From NCBI GenBank assembly GCA_002104905.1, contig MCFE01000501.1, positions 1 to 64,000 on the forward strand: a stretch of DNA of 64,000 bases, read 5' to 3'. The DNA is from Basidiobolus meristosporus CBS 931.73. Lineage: Eukaryota > Fungi > Basidiobolomycota. Under the pieces are notes generated by a model that was not told the DNA's origin, made no database searches, and saw only the letters and a program-made list of their open reading frames with translations. Within the stretch, counting starts at the first letter, position 1, and the number at the start of each line of letters is the position of its first letter. Positions 38,755-51,691 of the stretch are shown here, one piece after another. The position numbers and the translations under genes are program-made.

Positions 38755-39861
38755 TCAAAACATCATTGGTGGAGCACACATATCTACAACCTGGTTGAAG
38801 GGAGTGACAAGAAGGGGGGCGCTCCACAAGAAGAACATATTGGATGCCAAGATGGCGAACCGCTCGGGAAGAACGTTCTTACCCAGGATTTTCTCCAAAC
38901 CCAACTGTAACCCAAGTGCGGCACTATGGACCAGGACAAACAAGGGGTCCTCGACAGAAGGGGTGGAGTTCGACTTGGATATGGTCACGAGCTTGGGCAC
39001 CACGAAGGCAAGCAGGGTGAGCACCCCGATGGAAAGGCAAGCACCCGACTTTCCCCTGGTGGCCGCACTTTTTCTGGGGAACACTTTGTTCATAGGGCCG
39101 AGAATACGCTTCTCCATATTCTCGCAAAAGCCTTTATTCCACCGTACCTTCCAAAGCTCCTTGGGCTTGTGGGGGAAGTTGGGGAGGTCAAATAAAGGGG
39201 AATACTGTTTGCCAGTTAGAAAGCAACATGGGTATAACAACACGAAGTGATAGATTGAGACGTAGAGACACAAGAGCGCGATATAGAGGTACTGCTGAAA
39301 GGCGATCTCTGGTTGCCGTAGCGACAATAGCGAGCGTAGAGTGAGGGAGGTCTGAGGTGGTTGATAGCGAAAATAAAGCTGAATCAGATTTGCCAATAAA
39401 TACTGCACAAGAGTGATCGTTAAATACCATAAAAACCCTCTCTTGCCGTTTGGCCACCTCTTGAATATAGACTTCCTCGCCTCATCGGGAAACAAGAACA
39501 CCCGACGATAATACTCCGCGAGCCCTAGCTTCTTCTTGGAACTGGCTGGTTTGGTTCCCAGCTGGTACACCCGGTAGCCAACAAAGAGACTTCCCCCCTT
39601 CAATATCAAGCTGTCGATAAAGCCCTTGGGTGTAAAAGCAAAGCAGATCAGCCCTTGCAGCCCCAAGGCCGCCAGCGTGATCTCACGTAGCGTAAATTTG
39701 CCCTTTTTTTGACAAAGTGCCCAGTACTGAAACACCGTCGGGAGTAGTGGCAGCAGTAAGGCACCACAGGATGGGAGGAGTGCGTTCTTTGCCCTTTGTG
39801 TTACCTTGCTGGCCAAGAGCTCCGATAGATAACGTATCCCAATCGTCCTGAGAACGTTCAT
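38755..39861 (-). CDS. Membrane-bound O-acyltransferase (wax synthase-like MBOAT)
   Basis: Multiple hydrophobic segments and PLFDLPNFPHKPKELWKVRWN, matching the P.F..P....S..EFW..RWN motif; intronless. Confidence 0.7.
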   Translation of the reverse strand: MNVLRTIGIRYLSELLASKVTQRAKNALLPSCGALLLPLLPTVFQYWALCQKKGKFTLREITLAALGLQGLICFAFTPKGFIDSLILKGGSLFVGYRVYQLGTKPASSKKKLGLAEYYRRVFLFPDEARKSIFKRWPNGKRGFLWYLTITLVQYLLANLIQLYFRYQPPQTSLTLRSLLSLRQPEIAFQQYLYIALLCLYVSIYHFVLLYPCCFLTGKQYSPLFDLPNFPHKPKELWKVRWNKGFCENMEKRILGPMNKVFPRKSAATRGKSGACLSIGVLTLLAFVVPKLVTISKSNSTPSVEDPLFVLVHSAALGLQLGLEKILGKNVLPERFAILASNMFFLWSAPLLVTPFNQVVDMCAPPMMF

Positions 39862-40080
39862 AGTTTGAGGCAAAGGGGGAAGTAGAGCGCGCTCACACGC
39901 AGATCAATATTTACATAGACCTCAGCCTGACCAATCACGGGGGGTTTCTGGTCGACGGTACACAATGGATTGGCAATATGCAACCTCTACACTGCACCCA
40001 GGTGAACATCGAGTAGATTTCATGGTTTTATTCAAGCAAAGGCAAGACATCATGCTATAAATTGAATAACAAGTGGATAT

Positions 40081-40633
40081 TTAAACACGGGATGGGTACA
40101 TCATGACACGGACGCTAGCACCGAAGGAGTGAGGAGGCAAGTTGGAACGGAATTTGGCCTTGACAACACCGGAGTTACCGTGGGGGCGGGTAACGCGACC
40201 CCAGATGACACGGACCTTGGAGCCGTTGATTTCGCGCTTGGCACGATAGACGTAGGCCACACGCTTACCAAGGTAGAACTGAGTGTCTTCCTTGGTGGCA
40301 ACGTTCTCGAGTTGGATAAGAGAGGTGTTGGTTCTTTGGTTACGCTTGGCGCGCTTGAAGCCCAAGACACGGCCCTTGGAGTAAAGTCTGGTAGGTGGAG
40401 AAAAGAAAGGTTAGCATGCTGCCGTCGAGAAGAGGGTGGGAATGATCATGTCGCATAGGTATGGGATGGTCGTGGTGCCGCCAACCCAGCAAATCCGATG
40501 GATGGACTTGGCCGCTCTTTCGATGCTCCAACAAGCATGCGGCCGCTTGGCGCAGCGGCTTCGCGGTTTGGCCCGAATCGACATGTCCCGGCAAAGAAAA
40601 GCAAAAGAGTACTCACCGAACGGGTTGGCTCAT
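40081..40633 (-). CDS. RPL35A: 60S ribosomal protein L35a / eL33
   Basis: Exon 1 MSQPVR (40633-40617), 229-nt intron, exon 2 LYSKG..LGFKR...[11 protein letters not shown]...[24 protein letters not shown]...MMYPSRV. Confidence 0.96.
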
Positions 40634-40869
40634 GGTAAGTTCTACGTCTACGTGTGCAGAGAACGAAAGAAAGAGAATCCCAACCCGAGACTGCCAACTT
40701 GACTATATGCCTTGACCCAGGCCAGGCCGGTGATGAAAAAAACGGGTCGGATTTTTTTCAGGGATCCCCCGATTGGCTGATGGGCGGCATCAATGTGTGC
40801 ACAACAATAGGTAATTTAACTCGACAGGAATGGGTGCTATGTTACAATGGTTTTAATGCTTATGGAGAT

Positions 40870-41989
40870 TCAAAGCTTTTGGTAGAGTCGAACGAAGAAA
40901 CGCATGTTGTTGAGGTCTAAGGGGTAGCTGAGGTGGTTGGGATATCTGTACCATCTTGCGTTATCGCTGATAACTGGGGCAAAGTGGTTCTTCAAAGCGT
41001 CGAACAGCATGTATATCATGTACGTGCGCTCACCAACCTTCAGGTTAGAAAAGGAGCCAGCGGAATCGACGATCTGCGCTGTCGGTTAGTAATGGTCCTT
41101 CGGTGGAAAGTGGGATGAATCTTACCAGTAGATGGGATCCCTTGCGCATATTCTTGATTAGTAAACTGATCATATCCATGGCTCGCTTCTTGGTGACAAA
41201 TAACTCATTCATGACAAACATGGCGGTGATAAGGTCGGCCTTTTGAAACTGCTCCTCAAGCTGAGGTGTAGTCTCCAGCACACTTCCCATAGAGAATTCG
41301 CACCTGAGGTTGTTTTCTTCCAAGCCCCAACGTTTACGTATGGTCGTTTCCAAATCACCCAGCACCGCGCTCCAATCGGCGATATCTTGCGTGTGACAGG
41401 TGATCTCCTGTTGCTCGGAAGGTGCGTGCAGCATGGCAGCTGAAATCCCAACCAGCTCGCTTCCCGAGCCAGCCCCCATGCAATAGAGATGGGATTTCTT
41501 GCTCAGGATGTCTAGCAGCTCCGGCTCTTTACTGAATAAAGTGTAGTAGCAGAGAGCTCTAGCAGGTATGTACTGCGCGGAATACACCGGGAGGTGCTCA
41601 GGTGTGCCAAACACCCCATCGTAGTCTCTATTGTAAAACAGGGACTTGATGTTCTGCAAGATCTCCCGGAATTCGGGCAGTTGAAAACTATCGTTGCATG
41701 CGATTTGGATGGCATTCAGAATCTCTGTGGGCAGGGCAATAACAAGTTAGTGGCAAGGCCTAGAAAAGCTTTACCGATATCTTGGAATACCTTGTTCTGG
41801 ATCTCTCCCCAGAAGTTTCTTGGCTCTTGTAGGGCTAGGTTTCTTTTTGCTGGGGTTTTTTTTCTCCGAGATCTTCCCCTTTCCCGAGGCCACCTTCTCC
41901 TTCGATATAGACAGGGCCTCCATCTTATCCTTCAGCTCAGGTGCTGTGTCTGTCTCTGCTTGGTTGGTATCCTTTGCTGTGGCACTCAT
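40870..41989 (-). CDS. BMT6: 25S rRNA uridine-N3 methyltransferase, BMT6-like, multi-exon
   Basis: YIPARALCY, GAGSGSELVG, DIADWS, TAMFVMNELF and VVDSAGSFS motifs; ends RLYQKL* at 40870. Confidence 0.65.
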
Positions 41990-42277
41990 TGTTCAGAGTT
42001 GCGGCAGCCCGATTCTGTTGAGTGCAATGGCCAAGAAGAAAGCCCACAAATGATCGCAGCTACCATGTTAATTTCGCTCGACTTTTGGGACGGTCCAGAA
42101 AAATTCACCCACTGGTCCAACGAAAACCAATTTATTTTGCTCATTTGTTGAGATTTCGATTTGATTTGGAATTGATCTTAAATAAATTAGCCCATTCAAT
42201 CAAGAAACTGGGAAAATAAAATGTAGTGTAGGGAATGTACAGCGAATGGTGATAGCGTCCAATGCCAATGACACTGC

Positions 42278-45200
42278 TTATGCACCCGTGCTCTTGTATA
42301 ATGATTCTGCGGTAAGCGAGGTCTCACCTTGGGTTGAGGTGGACGTGATTAGACGGAATAAATAGTGCTCATGGTTGCGTAAAGATTCCATCCTAAAATA
42401 GACGCTATCTTTGTGTGTGCCAGGGTTGAGGTATTGAAGGTTACATCCGTTGATGACTTGAATCAACTCTCCGGACTCGGCATGGCGAATTTCCATGAAA
42501 AAGTTGCCGAACGCAATGATATATTGTCCGTGCAGCGCTGTGGAACGAGAATCTCATTAACCTTGGCCCGTGATACTTCGCGCACCAATATACATACCAA
42601 CGCTATTTGGCCGCCCTTCCCATTCGATCAGCAGATTGGGCCGCGTGCGGCGTCCAAGTTTATCCAAATGGAATGCAAATTCTACTCTTGTTAGTGGGTG
42701 TTCCATAAAGGACACTTGGGAGGAATTCGTCTCACCATTGTAACATAAAAGAAATTCTTCGGTGTCGAGTGGGAACATCGCCAGTGGCCTACACTCCTCG
42801 CGCCGATTGATGAATCCGAACTGGGCCTCGTCGCTCAGATCGGGAATACCTGTTGTTTGGGAAGTCAGTGATTGAACGCAGCCACGAAGGGTGAGAAACC
42901 TTACTCTTGTTTAGGTGAAGTGCTTCCAGGTTGATGATTTCGAACCCTTTGGGACACACCACGTATAGTTTCTTGGTCAGAAATTGGACCGAGTAAGATT
43001 CAGCCCCGATGTAGAATTCTTTGAATAGTCTGAGAGCGAATCCATTGCGTTGACACAATAGCTTCCCTTTAATCTTGGGGTTCTCTCGCAGCGACACTGG
43101 CTCGAGCACCTTAAAGAAGGATTTCAGCCCTTTCAGCTTCATGAGTACGACCAATAGTTGTCCATCACAGCGACCAGTACCGAAGTAGCTCACTTGTGAA
43201 GCCAGCTTCTGGCCTTGACGATTCGCACACGACTCAGGATTGTCAAGCACGTCTATCGAATAGGTCAGCAGTAGCTTGTCTGTAAGCGGTAGGGGTTAGC
43301 AACCGTATCCAGAAGTAGGGAGTCTGCTGGCAAGTAAACAAACCTTGGAGAACAATCACCATGCCGATTTCTTGTAGGGTTTCAACCTGTTGGATTCGCG
43401 GATGGTCAAGGACTTTCCTGAAGCTAGCGGGGTCTCCCTCGAATCCAGAGAAGAGGCCATCCTTGGTTCCAACGGCAATCTTTCGTCTGCCATCATGGGT
43501 AACTGTGGATGGTTCGGTTAGAGCATTGATCTCCTCGGAGGCCAGAGTAGTTCTACTTACAATACGCGCAAGTGCACGATGCGGTCTTCTCCGGGACGAA
43601 TCCATGGTCTGAAACGCGAGCAATCTCGAAGATTCGAGGCTGCTTGTACATGCGCTTGGCTTTTTGCTCCTGGATCTTATCCATCCACTGCTTGCGCTCC
43701 GCAAACGTGCTGGCTATCAAGGTGAAGGACCCTCCGCATTTGCTCAAATTCGTGATGGTAAAGCTGTGCGAGTTCTTGGTGGACTCCTCGCCTGTGGCAA
43801 TGGAGCTGTCCGAGTGCGCTTGGAGGGTCAGGAGCTCGAGCGGAATAGGCTGGTGTTGGGGTTGGTGATTGGCTCTAGTGGATAGATTGCTGATGGCCTT
43901 ACCTTGGCGTAGGCCCGATACGTGATGTTGTTATTGGTGAACGCTTTTTTGTCTTTCGCCAGAAATAGCACGTGATCAAACAGAATCAACCTCAGGCTCT
44001 GCCCGATGGAGCGCTTAAGCAGGCCTTCTCGTATGAGCTGACGGTCCTCGTCATCCAGCCTCAGGTCCTATTATGAGGGTTAGTAGCCGATGAGAGGGAC
44101 CGAAAGATGGCTCGTCGCATACCATGCAATCATCAGTCTTGAATTCGATTTTGTCTCTGATCTCCTGTAGCTTAAGCCTGTTTTCCTCACGTCCTGTTTC
44201 TTCATTGAGTCGTGTTAAGAATGCCTTAATGGAGTTGATGGCGTTGGATAGTATTTCCCGATCTACATTGTCTTCTGGAGTGTACTTCAGCACTCGATCC
44301 AAGAGAAGGGGGTACCGAGCAATTCTCGAATTGGGTCTCGACAGGAAGCTCTCTAACGGCAGCTTGCGGGCTTCTGGCTTCTTCTGACATTCCTATAATG
44401 GACACCCATGTCAATACCTGGCTAATCAATCTATGGCTGGCAATGGGCCTGACCTCCAGGAAGCCATCTAGGGCGGATGAGTGCGCTCGCTCATTCTTCA
44501 GGACACGACCGGAGTTCACGGAGCCGGTGCTGAAAAGAACATAAGGCTCAAACCTTTCGATAAACTGCAGTATCACATCCCCGATGATTTCGATAATTGC
44601 ATTCATCGACTGACGCTCCTTCAGGATGGCTATGGTTTCCTCATGAATTTGCTGTAGCTCACGGTAGTTCACGAACACGTCTTGAACGAAATTCTCGGTT
44701 TTGTCGCAGTTGAAAACCCGTGCGGCGTGCAGGGGCTCAATGAAGAGCTAGAAAATGCCGCAGAAGAAGGGAGATATTAGCGCTTAGGCGATCGCAATGC
44801 ATCTGTGAGTCGGCCCACCCACCGTATCATACAACTTCAGGTCACGAAGGTACTCCTCCTCGGTGTATATGATCTCGAAAATGGCGATTTGTCGGTTCCT
44901 CTCTTTATCGCTCAGGGTTTCAATAATCTCTTCAGGCACAGAGGTCAGCCACAGGCTCTCGTACTAGGAATGAATTGAATATGCATGCTCTTTAAGTGTA
45001 TTCGATGCGGAATTACCTCGTTGGTGGATTGTCGAATCAACTCAGTAGGCTTTCTCGAAACGCTGGTTGAGGTGTAGAGCGGGGTATCGGAGGGCTGGAG
45101 TAGGATGGATCGTATGTTAACGATAGGCTTCACTGAAGTGTTTTAAGGAACTCATACTTGGTCATTTGCAGCCTGCTCGACCAGTGATGTGGTATCCTGC

Positions 45201-46278
45201 TCTTGGTTTTCTGTTGGGACTGGTTGCTCTGCAGCAAGTTGGCTAGAATCGCTCGTTTCTAGTGAATCGACCTTGGGCTCATCTTCGGCTTCGGGGATGC
45301 AGAGTCGGTAGAACTCTTGGTCATTATCCATCAAAATCCGGTTGTTGGAGCTGACGTGCTGGAAGACTTCGTTTTCTTGAAGTAATCGACCGACTTTCAA
45401 TGCGGTTTCTCTTCGAGCCACCTCAAGAACATCGCAGATGGCGCTCTAGTGCAAGCTATGGTTAGAGCGGGTGCTGGGGCTTGTCTGCTGAGCACTAGAC
45501 GTACCACTATCTCATGGCCGCTGAAGCAATTGAAGTACTCATTGTTTTGGCCGATGCCGCGTTTGCTTTGAAGGGTTCTCAGCAAGCCCTCATGCGCTAT
45601 GGGTAGGAGGGCTGGGTCGTATGGGTTGATGTCCGCCTGTGATACCTGATAGTCTGGGAGAACAGTGAAAAACCGCGCTGGAATCAAAATATCTAGGAAA
45701 GTACCTCTTGGATCCGGGATTGTCATGAAATCGGAATGCTCATAGCCAGCTGGATAATACGGACTCATCTCGAAAGCAAAGTGTGGGTGGTTGCTGGATA
45801 TGTAATCCAGCGGATCAGGCATCCGTAAAGGATAGCCAGAGTGAGGCTCCGAGCTTTCTTGGAAATGGCCCTGGGGGAACTCGGCGTGGTGGCCATAATA
45901 TATGGGGGTCTCTCTTGCGGGATATGACGGCTGAGGGAAATATGGGCTGCTGTTCTGATGTGGGTGATATCCGTAGGTGTCATTCTGTTGATTCCAGTAG
46001 TTGTATCCATCCTGGTGAGTTGCGTGCTGGAAGCTGGGCTGAAATGGCGGAGGTGGTGCCCCATAATATTCGTGCTGTGGGGTCAGCACTGGCTCGTACG
46101 GTTGGTAAGGAAAACCCTGGTGAGGGGTAACCATGGTAGAGCCCGCGTAGTAATGACTATTTCTCGGCTGGCTCCTTCCCATCTCTTTCTCTCGTATCGT
46201 CCAGTATTGGGCGGAAGCTGATAAGTCATCGATCAGCTCGCTGGACTCGGGTGGTTTTGGGATTGAGGTATACGGCAT
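42278..46278 (-). CDS. ROM1/ROM2-type Rho GEF (DEP, DH, PH, CNH domains), multi-exon
   Basis: DEP NCFSGHEIV; DH IFEIIYTEEEYLRDL and KLPLESFLSRPNSRIARYPLLL; PH LILFDHVLFL; CNH KIAVGTKDGL and FPLDTEEFLLCY. Exon limits are not all resolved. Confidence 0.88.
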
Positions 46279-46997
46279 CCAATGACTTCAGTAAACACCA
46301 GTCTCGAGGCGTAAAGTAGTTGAAGGGCAAGGGCGATAGTCAAACGGTGGCTTCTCAAGAAAGGAGGTCAAGTTACCAAACTCTATGCTGCACTACCGAG
46401 TGATGATGGGCAAGGATTTATGTTTGATAAGATGCACTATGGATAACAATAAGTTAAACCAGCGACTCTGATTTGATACCTGACTCTCATTAAATGTACA
46501 AGGCTTCAATAGAGATTTGGTTGGTTTTGAAATGTGTTACAAACTTCCAAATCACGGCTAATTGCGATCAGTAGGAGCAGTATTTAAAGAAGCAAAGCAA
46601 TTGACAGAGTTATTAGAGTCTCAAGAATGTAGATTTTATCACATTGCATGGATGAGTCTCATGCCTCCGAATCACCATTGGAGGCAAACCGGTATCGGAA
46701 TGAGCGATCCTACACTTGCGTTGGAATTGGATGGTTCAATGATATCTATGCATTCATAACTCGATCAGTCGGGCTGAATACCTTGATCAACAATGAATGT
46801 GCTGGGCTGATTTGCTCAATGCATCCTCTTAGGCCTCAGTCTCATTGGCACCATGGTTGGAAGGGGATACAGGAGGAGCACAGAGGGAGCACGAGGGCGG
46901 GCGTAGCGATCTGTGGAGTCACATGTTCTCGTTTATTCGTATGTTAAAAGTACAAATGGATGAGAGAATAAGCAGATAATTGTGAATTAGAACATGT

Positions 46998-49756
46998 CTA
47001 ATCACTGTCGTCGTCGGAGGTTTCTGTGTGAGTTTCGGTGGTATCCTGCTGCCACTTGAACACCTGATTGTCTTCGATGTATTCCACAGCCTCGCGGATC
47101 TCCCCAGCTGCTGCATCGCCCTCACTGCCGCTGTGAGATCCATCCGCAGCCAAGGCCTCATACTGATTTGGATCTACACCGGGGGAGCGAAACTTTTCCA
47201 CCTTGATCCGGTCTCTGGTTTGCTCAATGATCCTCTCGATACGCATGCGGTTCTCAATCATATGGAGTTTTGGCCAGGTATTGCGTTGGCCTTGACTGAT
47301 GTAATTGACCATTCTTTGGTGATCAGGATCGCGAAGAATATAGAGGTAATCCATAAATGTGGATTTGGGCTGGATGTTGCAAGGTGTTAGCTAGATCCAA
47401 TGGCTCATGATTGATCTGGCACCACTAACCAGAATAGTCACATTGCCCTCAAACTTTTGCAACCAGATGAACGACCAATCTTGGTTCATGACGTTGGGCA
47501 TCAATTCCAAGTCTCGTAACACGCGCAGCCATTTCTTGAGGTCAAGCTTGATGTACTGCTCCAACGTGGATGCAACAAATCCGCCACGCCTGCACAATGT
47601 GGGGTTAGTATCTTTGGTCACGCGGGCTTTACGACGCTCGATACAAACCATCCTTTCCCTGAGCGGTGAGAGGTAGGCCTGCCTACGCTGCCTTTGTTGT
47701 TGTAGAAAAACAATGTGATGTGTGGATTGACCTGGCTAACAACGGCATAACGGACATTAAACTATATATGGTTAGCGACTTTATGAGATCAATAGAACAA
47801 ACTGAAGCTTACGAAGTGATGCAACGAATCCAATGGGATATCCTGGATAGAAGACTTGAGTGTGTGCTGACTTGCAACGATCCTATTCAAACATACCGTG
47901 CGGAGACTCCCGTCGCGCCATCTGTGGCCGCTATTCATAAAAGGCTCAATCTTTCCCTCCTTTGTCTTTCTTAGCAAAACAACTGGCTTCAGAATTCCCG
48001 GAATTGCTGAGCTGGCAATGACTGGGCAAGTGAAAACATGTTTAGTTAACAATCCATCTCCAATACACCACAATGCATGAGTTGCTCACCTGCAGTCCAT
48101 ATCACGCAGTCAGGAGCGGTGATATAGTTGAGAAGTTTAGGCGGCGCCTGTGTCCCCATCGGAACCACAGTAATGTTAAGAATACGCCCAGTTCGTTTAT
48201 ATGCTTCCAAAAAAGTCATGCACCCTTTAGTGATCCATTGAACCTTATGTGCCCAGTCTCCGGCGTCAAAGCTAAATGCAAAGCTTAATCAACGGCATCT
48301 AGGGATTTCCACGGGCGCTTGCTTACCATGACCCAGTAAGAAGGAAATTCAATGCCATTTTCTGTCGCGGGGGAGGGTAAGTCAGTGGCCTGAAGACTGA
48401 GACTTTGTGCTAATCTACTTAATTACCGAATAACCCCCAGCGCAGGCATTGAGAAGCTCACATATCTCTGGCCTGATTATATCAACAAGCTCCTCATTTG
48501 TTCGGCAGCCAACCATCGCAGCTATGGCAATCGTTAGCAACTATGCGCTCACGGCGGTCAACTGCATAAGCATACCAATCAACGAGCCAGCACTGGTCCC
48601 GGTAATCACGCGCGGTAGTAAGTCGTTTTCCGCAAGAGCCTTGATAACACCTGTGATGGGCGATCAGTGGCTGTTGCATAAGCTCAGCAGAAGATGTGAG
48701 CCCTACCAAAATGATAGTAGCCAAAGGAGGCACCTCCACTAAGACATAAAGCAGTTCTTCCATAATTTTTGCTGGCTATTTTGAAGAAATGGCGTTTCTC
48801 ATCCAAGGGGATACTTTCATTCTCCGCAATAAAGGCGAGAGATTGGGCCACTAAGCGGCAGATTTAGATTTCATTGATGCCAGAAAGCAGTATCCCCTCC
48901 AGAAAATCACTTACCTTCGTCAAGGAAGTCCTCAACCACCTAGAAGTGCGCAGAAGTTAAAACGAGTTGAGTTCCTCAATCCTCAACTCCATACTATATG
49001 ACAGCTAACCTTCTTTGTCCCGTAGTAAGTATTCGAGTAAAGGCGAACATTTTCGCACCCTCCAACATTACTTTTGACCGCTCCTTGCAGCAAGAGTTCG
49101 CGAAGTTGCTGTTCATCCCCCTTTTCTCTTAACTTCTTAAGCCGAATTGAAAGCTTGGTGATGAGCTTGTAATCATAATAGTGGTACGGGGTCTGCTCCT
49201 TCCAATCGTCTTTTTTCAGATATGTATCCAAAGCCTTTGCTGCCTCCTTCCATTCCTCAAATGTCTTTGCATTGCGAAGACACTCGCGAAGTTTTCTTTT
49301 TTCTCCACGCCTGTGGTAAATATAAAGGTTGAGATGGATTCGAAGGCTCAGGATGGTAAAAGCTCTAGGTACCAAGAGTAAAAATATTCCCACGTGTTGA
49401 CGATCTGTCGAAGAAGGAAATAGAGAAACAGCTCAAAGAAAATGATACTAAACACGAATATCTGTTGGAAAAGCCTAGTTAATGGGTGTGCCAAGCAGTA
49501 GCAACAAAAGATGCAGTACCAATAAAGGAAAGCGAAGAAGTGAATAGCTAAAACCCTCGTGTTTGTGTGGCACAGCGTTTGCTGCTTTTGAATTGGCTAC
49601 GGTAGGGGCAGCGTATAGATCTTTGTCAGATATATAACCTTCAGCCTCATCGTGTAGTGCTTGGGTAAATTTTTCTATTTGCTCTTCGTTTGGATATTCA
49701 ATTTCACTGCACCCTTTTTTCTGTGCCCAACTTAAACCACCCTGGGTAAAGTCCAT
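46998..49756 (-). CDS. Patatin-like phospholipase / triacylglycerol lipase (TGL3/4-like), multi-exon
   Basis: N-terminal AKTFEEWKEAAKALD...YYDYKLI segment, FGYYH, lipase motif GTSAG (~48600), C-terminal LKLDLKKWLRVLRDLEL...QDWS..WLQKFEG. The start codon is inferred. Confidence 0.85.
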
Positions 49757-51149
49757 GAAGAAGAACAAAGGATCGGCCTCTACTTTGTCGGGAATGATGA
49801 AAATTGATCAAGTGTTAAAAAACAGGGGTCTCGTTAGCAGCAAGAGGTTGATAAAAATTGACTGACAGCGAGGCAAGGGGATGTAATGAGTAATTAATAA
49901 TTGGTTATTAATTAAGGCTGTGAAGTGAAAATTTCACTCAACTCTCCAGCTTAAAGAAAGTGGTAGTGTTAAGATTTTGTCTGAGAATTCAAGAGGTGTG
50001 CAACTTTTATCTGACAGGCCGAGCCTTAATAAAATCTCGAATTGATGCGAACACATGCAAATCTAAAATGATGCAAGGCCATGAATCCGCCCCAACGCTT
50101 ATCTAGTTTGATAGCTATTAGCATTTACTAAAAACCAATCCACTCGACCAGCTTGGTAAAGAGAGCCGTTACATCAGACCTGCCAGACATGTGTCTGCAT
50201 AGGTCAGCAAACCTGATTTGGAAATCATATATTAGCTATAGTAAACGCTCAGTGGCTGTGTATTAGATAAAATGGAAGGGTTAGCAGTCGATCTAGTTGT
50301 TTATTATGCTGTTTAATCAGACGAGATGTGGTTATTGTTGTGTTCATGCGAGTCACATCTTGGAATACGTCATAGGTTGAGCCTTGCAATTTGACAAACA
50401 GCAATCAGTTCCTTAACGCTCTCCAAGAGTGGATAGCTGCCCAAACCCCATTATCGAAGTTCTCTATCTCTTGTTGACCAGGAGCAGTACTAAAGCAGAA
50501 TGTTCGGGTGATCTGTGGTGTGGCTGCCCAGTGGCAGTATCAGCTCATTACAGATGTGGCTAGTGTTGCTTGTGATGTTGAAGTGCGCTCTATTTCAGAA
50601 GACACCGCAAAAAACCCGTAAGTATGCTTGTCATCTGACCTGCGCCTTCGCAAGCATTTTGAAGCTCATATTCGTCATCAGAGTAGAGAATTCAATGAAT
50701 TACGTAGATGGAGATGTTGCCAAAATATAGGAGTTTTGGCATGCACATCTGAATGATTGGCCAGTAGCACGAGTATGTGGAAACACGAAAGCAATAATAG
50801 TAATGAATACCAAGGCCTCACGCGATTTAAGATGGTATAGCTAGGTGAGAAGTGGCTGATGATTCAAGCTGACAACGCGACCTTTAGGACTCAATCATAT
50901 CTACCCCAAGGATTCATTAAAATAGGGGCGCTCCACAGATATCTGTCGGTAAATATAATTCCAGACGGTGACCAGGGTGAGGGGTTAAGGTGTTAGTGGC
51001 GCTTATAGATTCGTGTAATTCCACCGCACTACTATTTCAAATCACACACATCTCTTGGCCCTTATAAATCCAGCTAATCCGCACGATTCTTCCTCAATTT
51101 CCTTTACTACTTTCTTTCTCTTCATTTATTCCTTTGCCTTACCTATAAT

Positions 51150-51691
51150 ATGACCTCTGCCGTGATCTATGCTGAGCCCATTCAACACATGGTTAGCCCC
51201 TACTGCACGCCCTCGTCTCCTCATGACTAACGATTTTCTTTCAGGATGTCTTTAACTACGCATCCATTACCGGTATGACAAAGAAATACACCGAAATAGC
51301 GTATGTCGCCGAGCCTAAAGATGCTGATGACGGCGAGAAGGAGCAACCCAATCCCAAAAGACAAAAAACTGATAACGATGATCAAGAAAAAGAAGAGGAG
51401 GCTCAGGATGATGATGCCGAAGACAACAAGGAGGAGGGGGACGGAGATGCTGAAGATGCCGGTGAGGCCGAAGAGGAGGGCGATGGCGCTGAGGAAAATG
51501 ATGGTGAAGATGATGATGCTGAGGAAGGAAATGGCGAAGAAGAAGACGAAGACGAAGAGGATGATGGGGATTATCAGGGAGAAGAGTAAGTTCTCCACAC
51601 TGTTCGAAATATTCGTTTGCTAACACTGCATTTCAGAGACGAAGATGGAGAAGAGGCCGAAGGAGAGGCCGAAGAAGAGGATGAGGAATAA
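51150..51691 (+). CDS. Small highly acidic (D/E-rich) protein with basic NLS-like motif, 3 exons
   Basis: Two GT-AG introns with CTAAC branch points give an open frame; PNPKRQKT followed by a long D/E tract. A histone-chaperone-like role is speculative. Confidence 0.75.

Noticed and set aside
51227-51626. Hydrophobic and His/Pro-rich antisense ORFs
   Set aside because: Shadows of the D/E-rich CDS on the plus strand.
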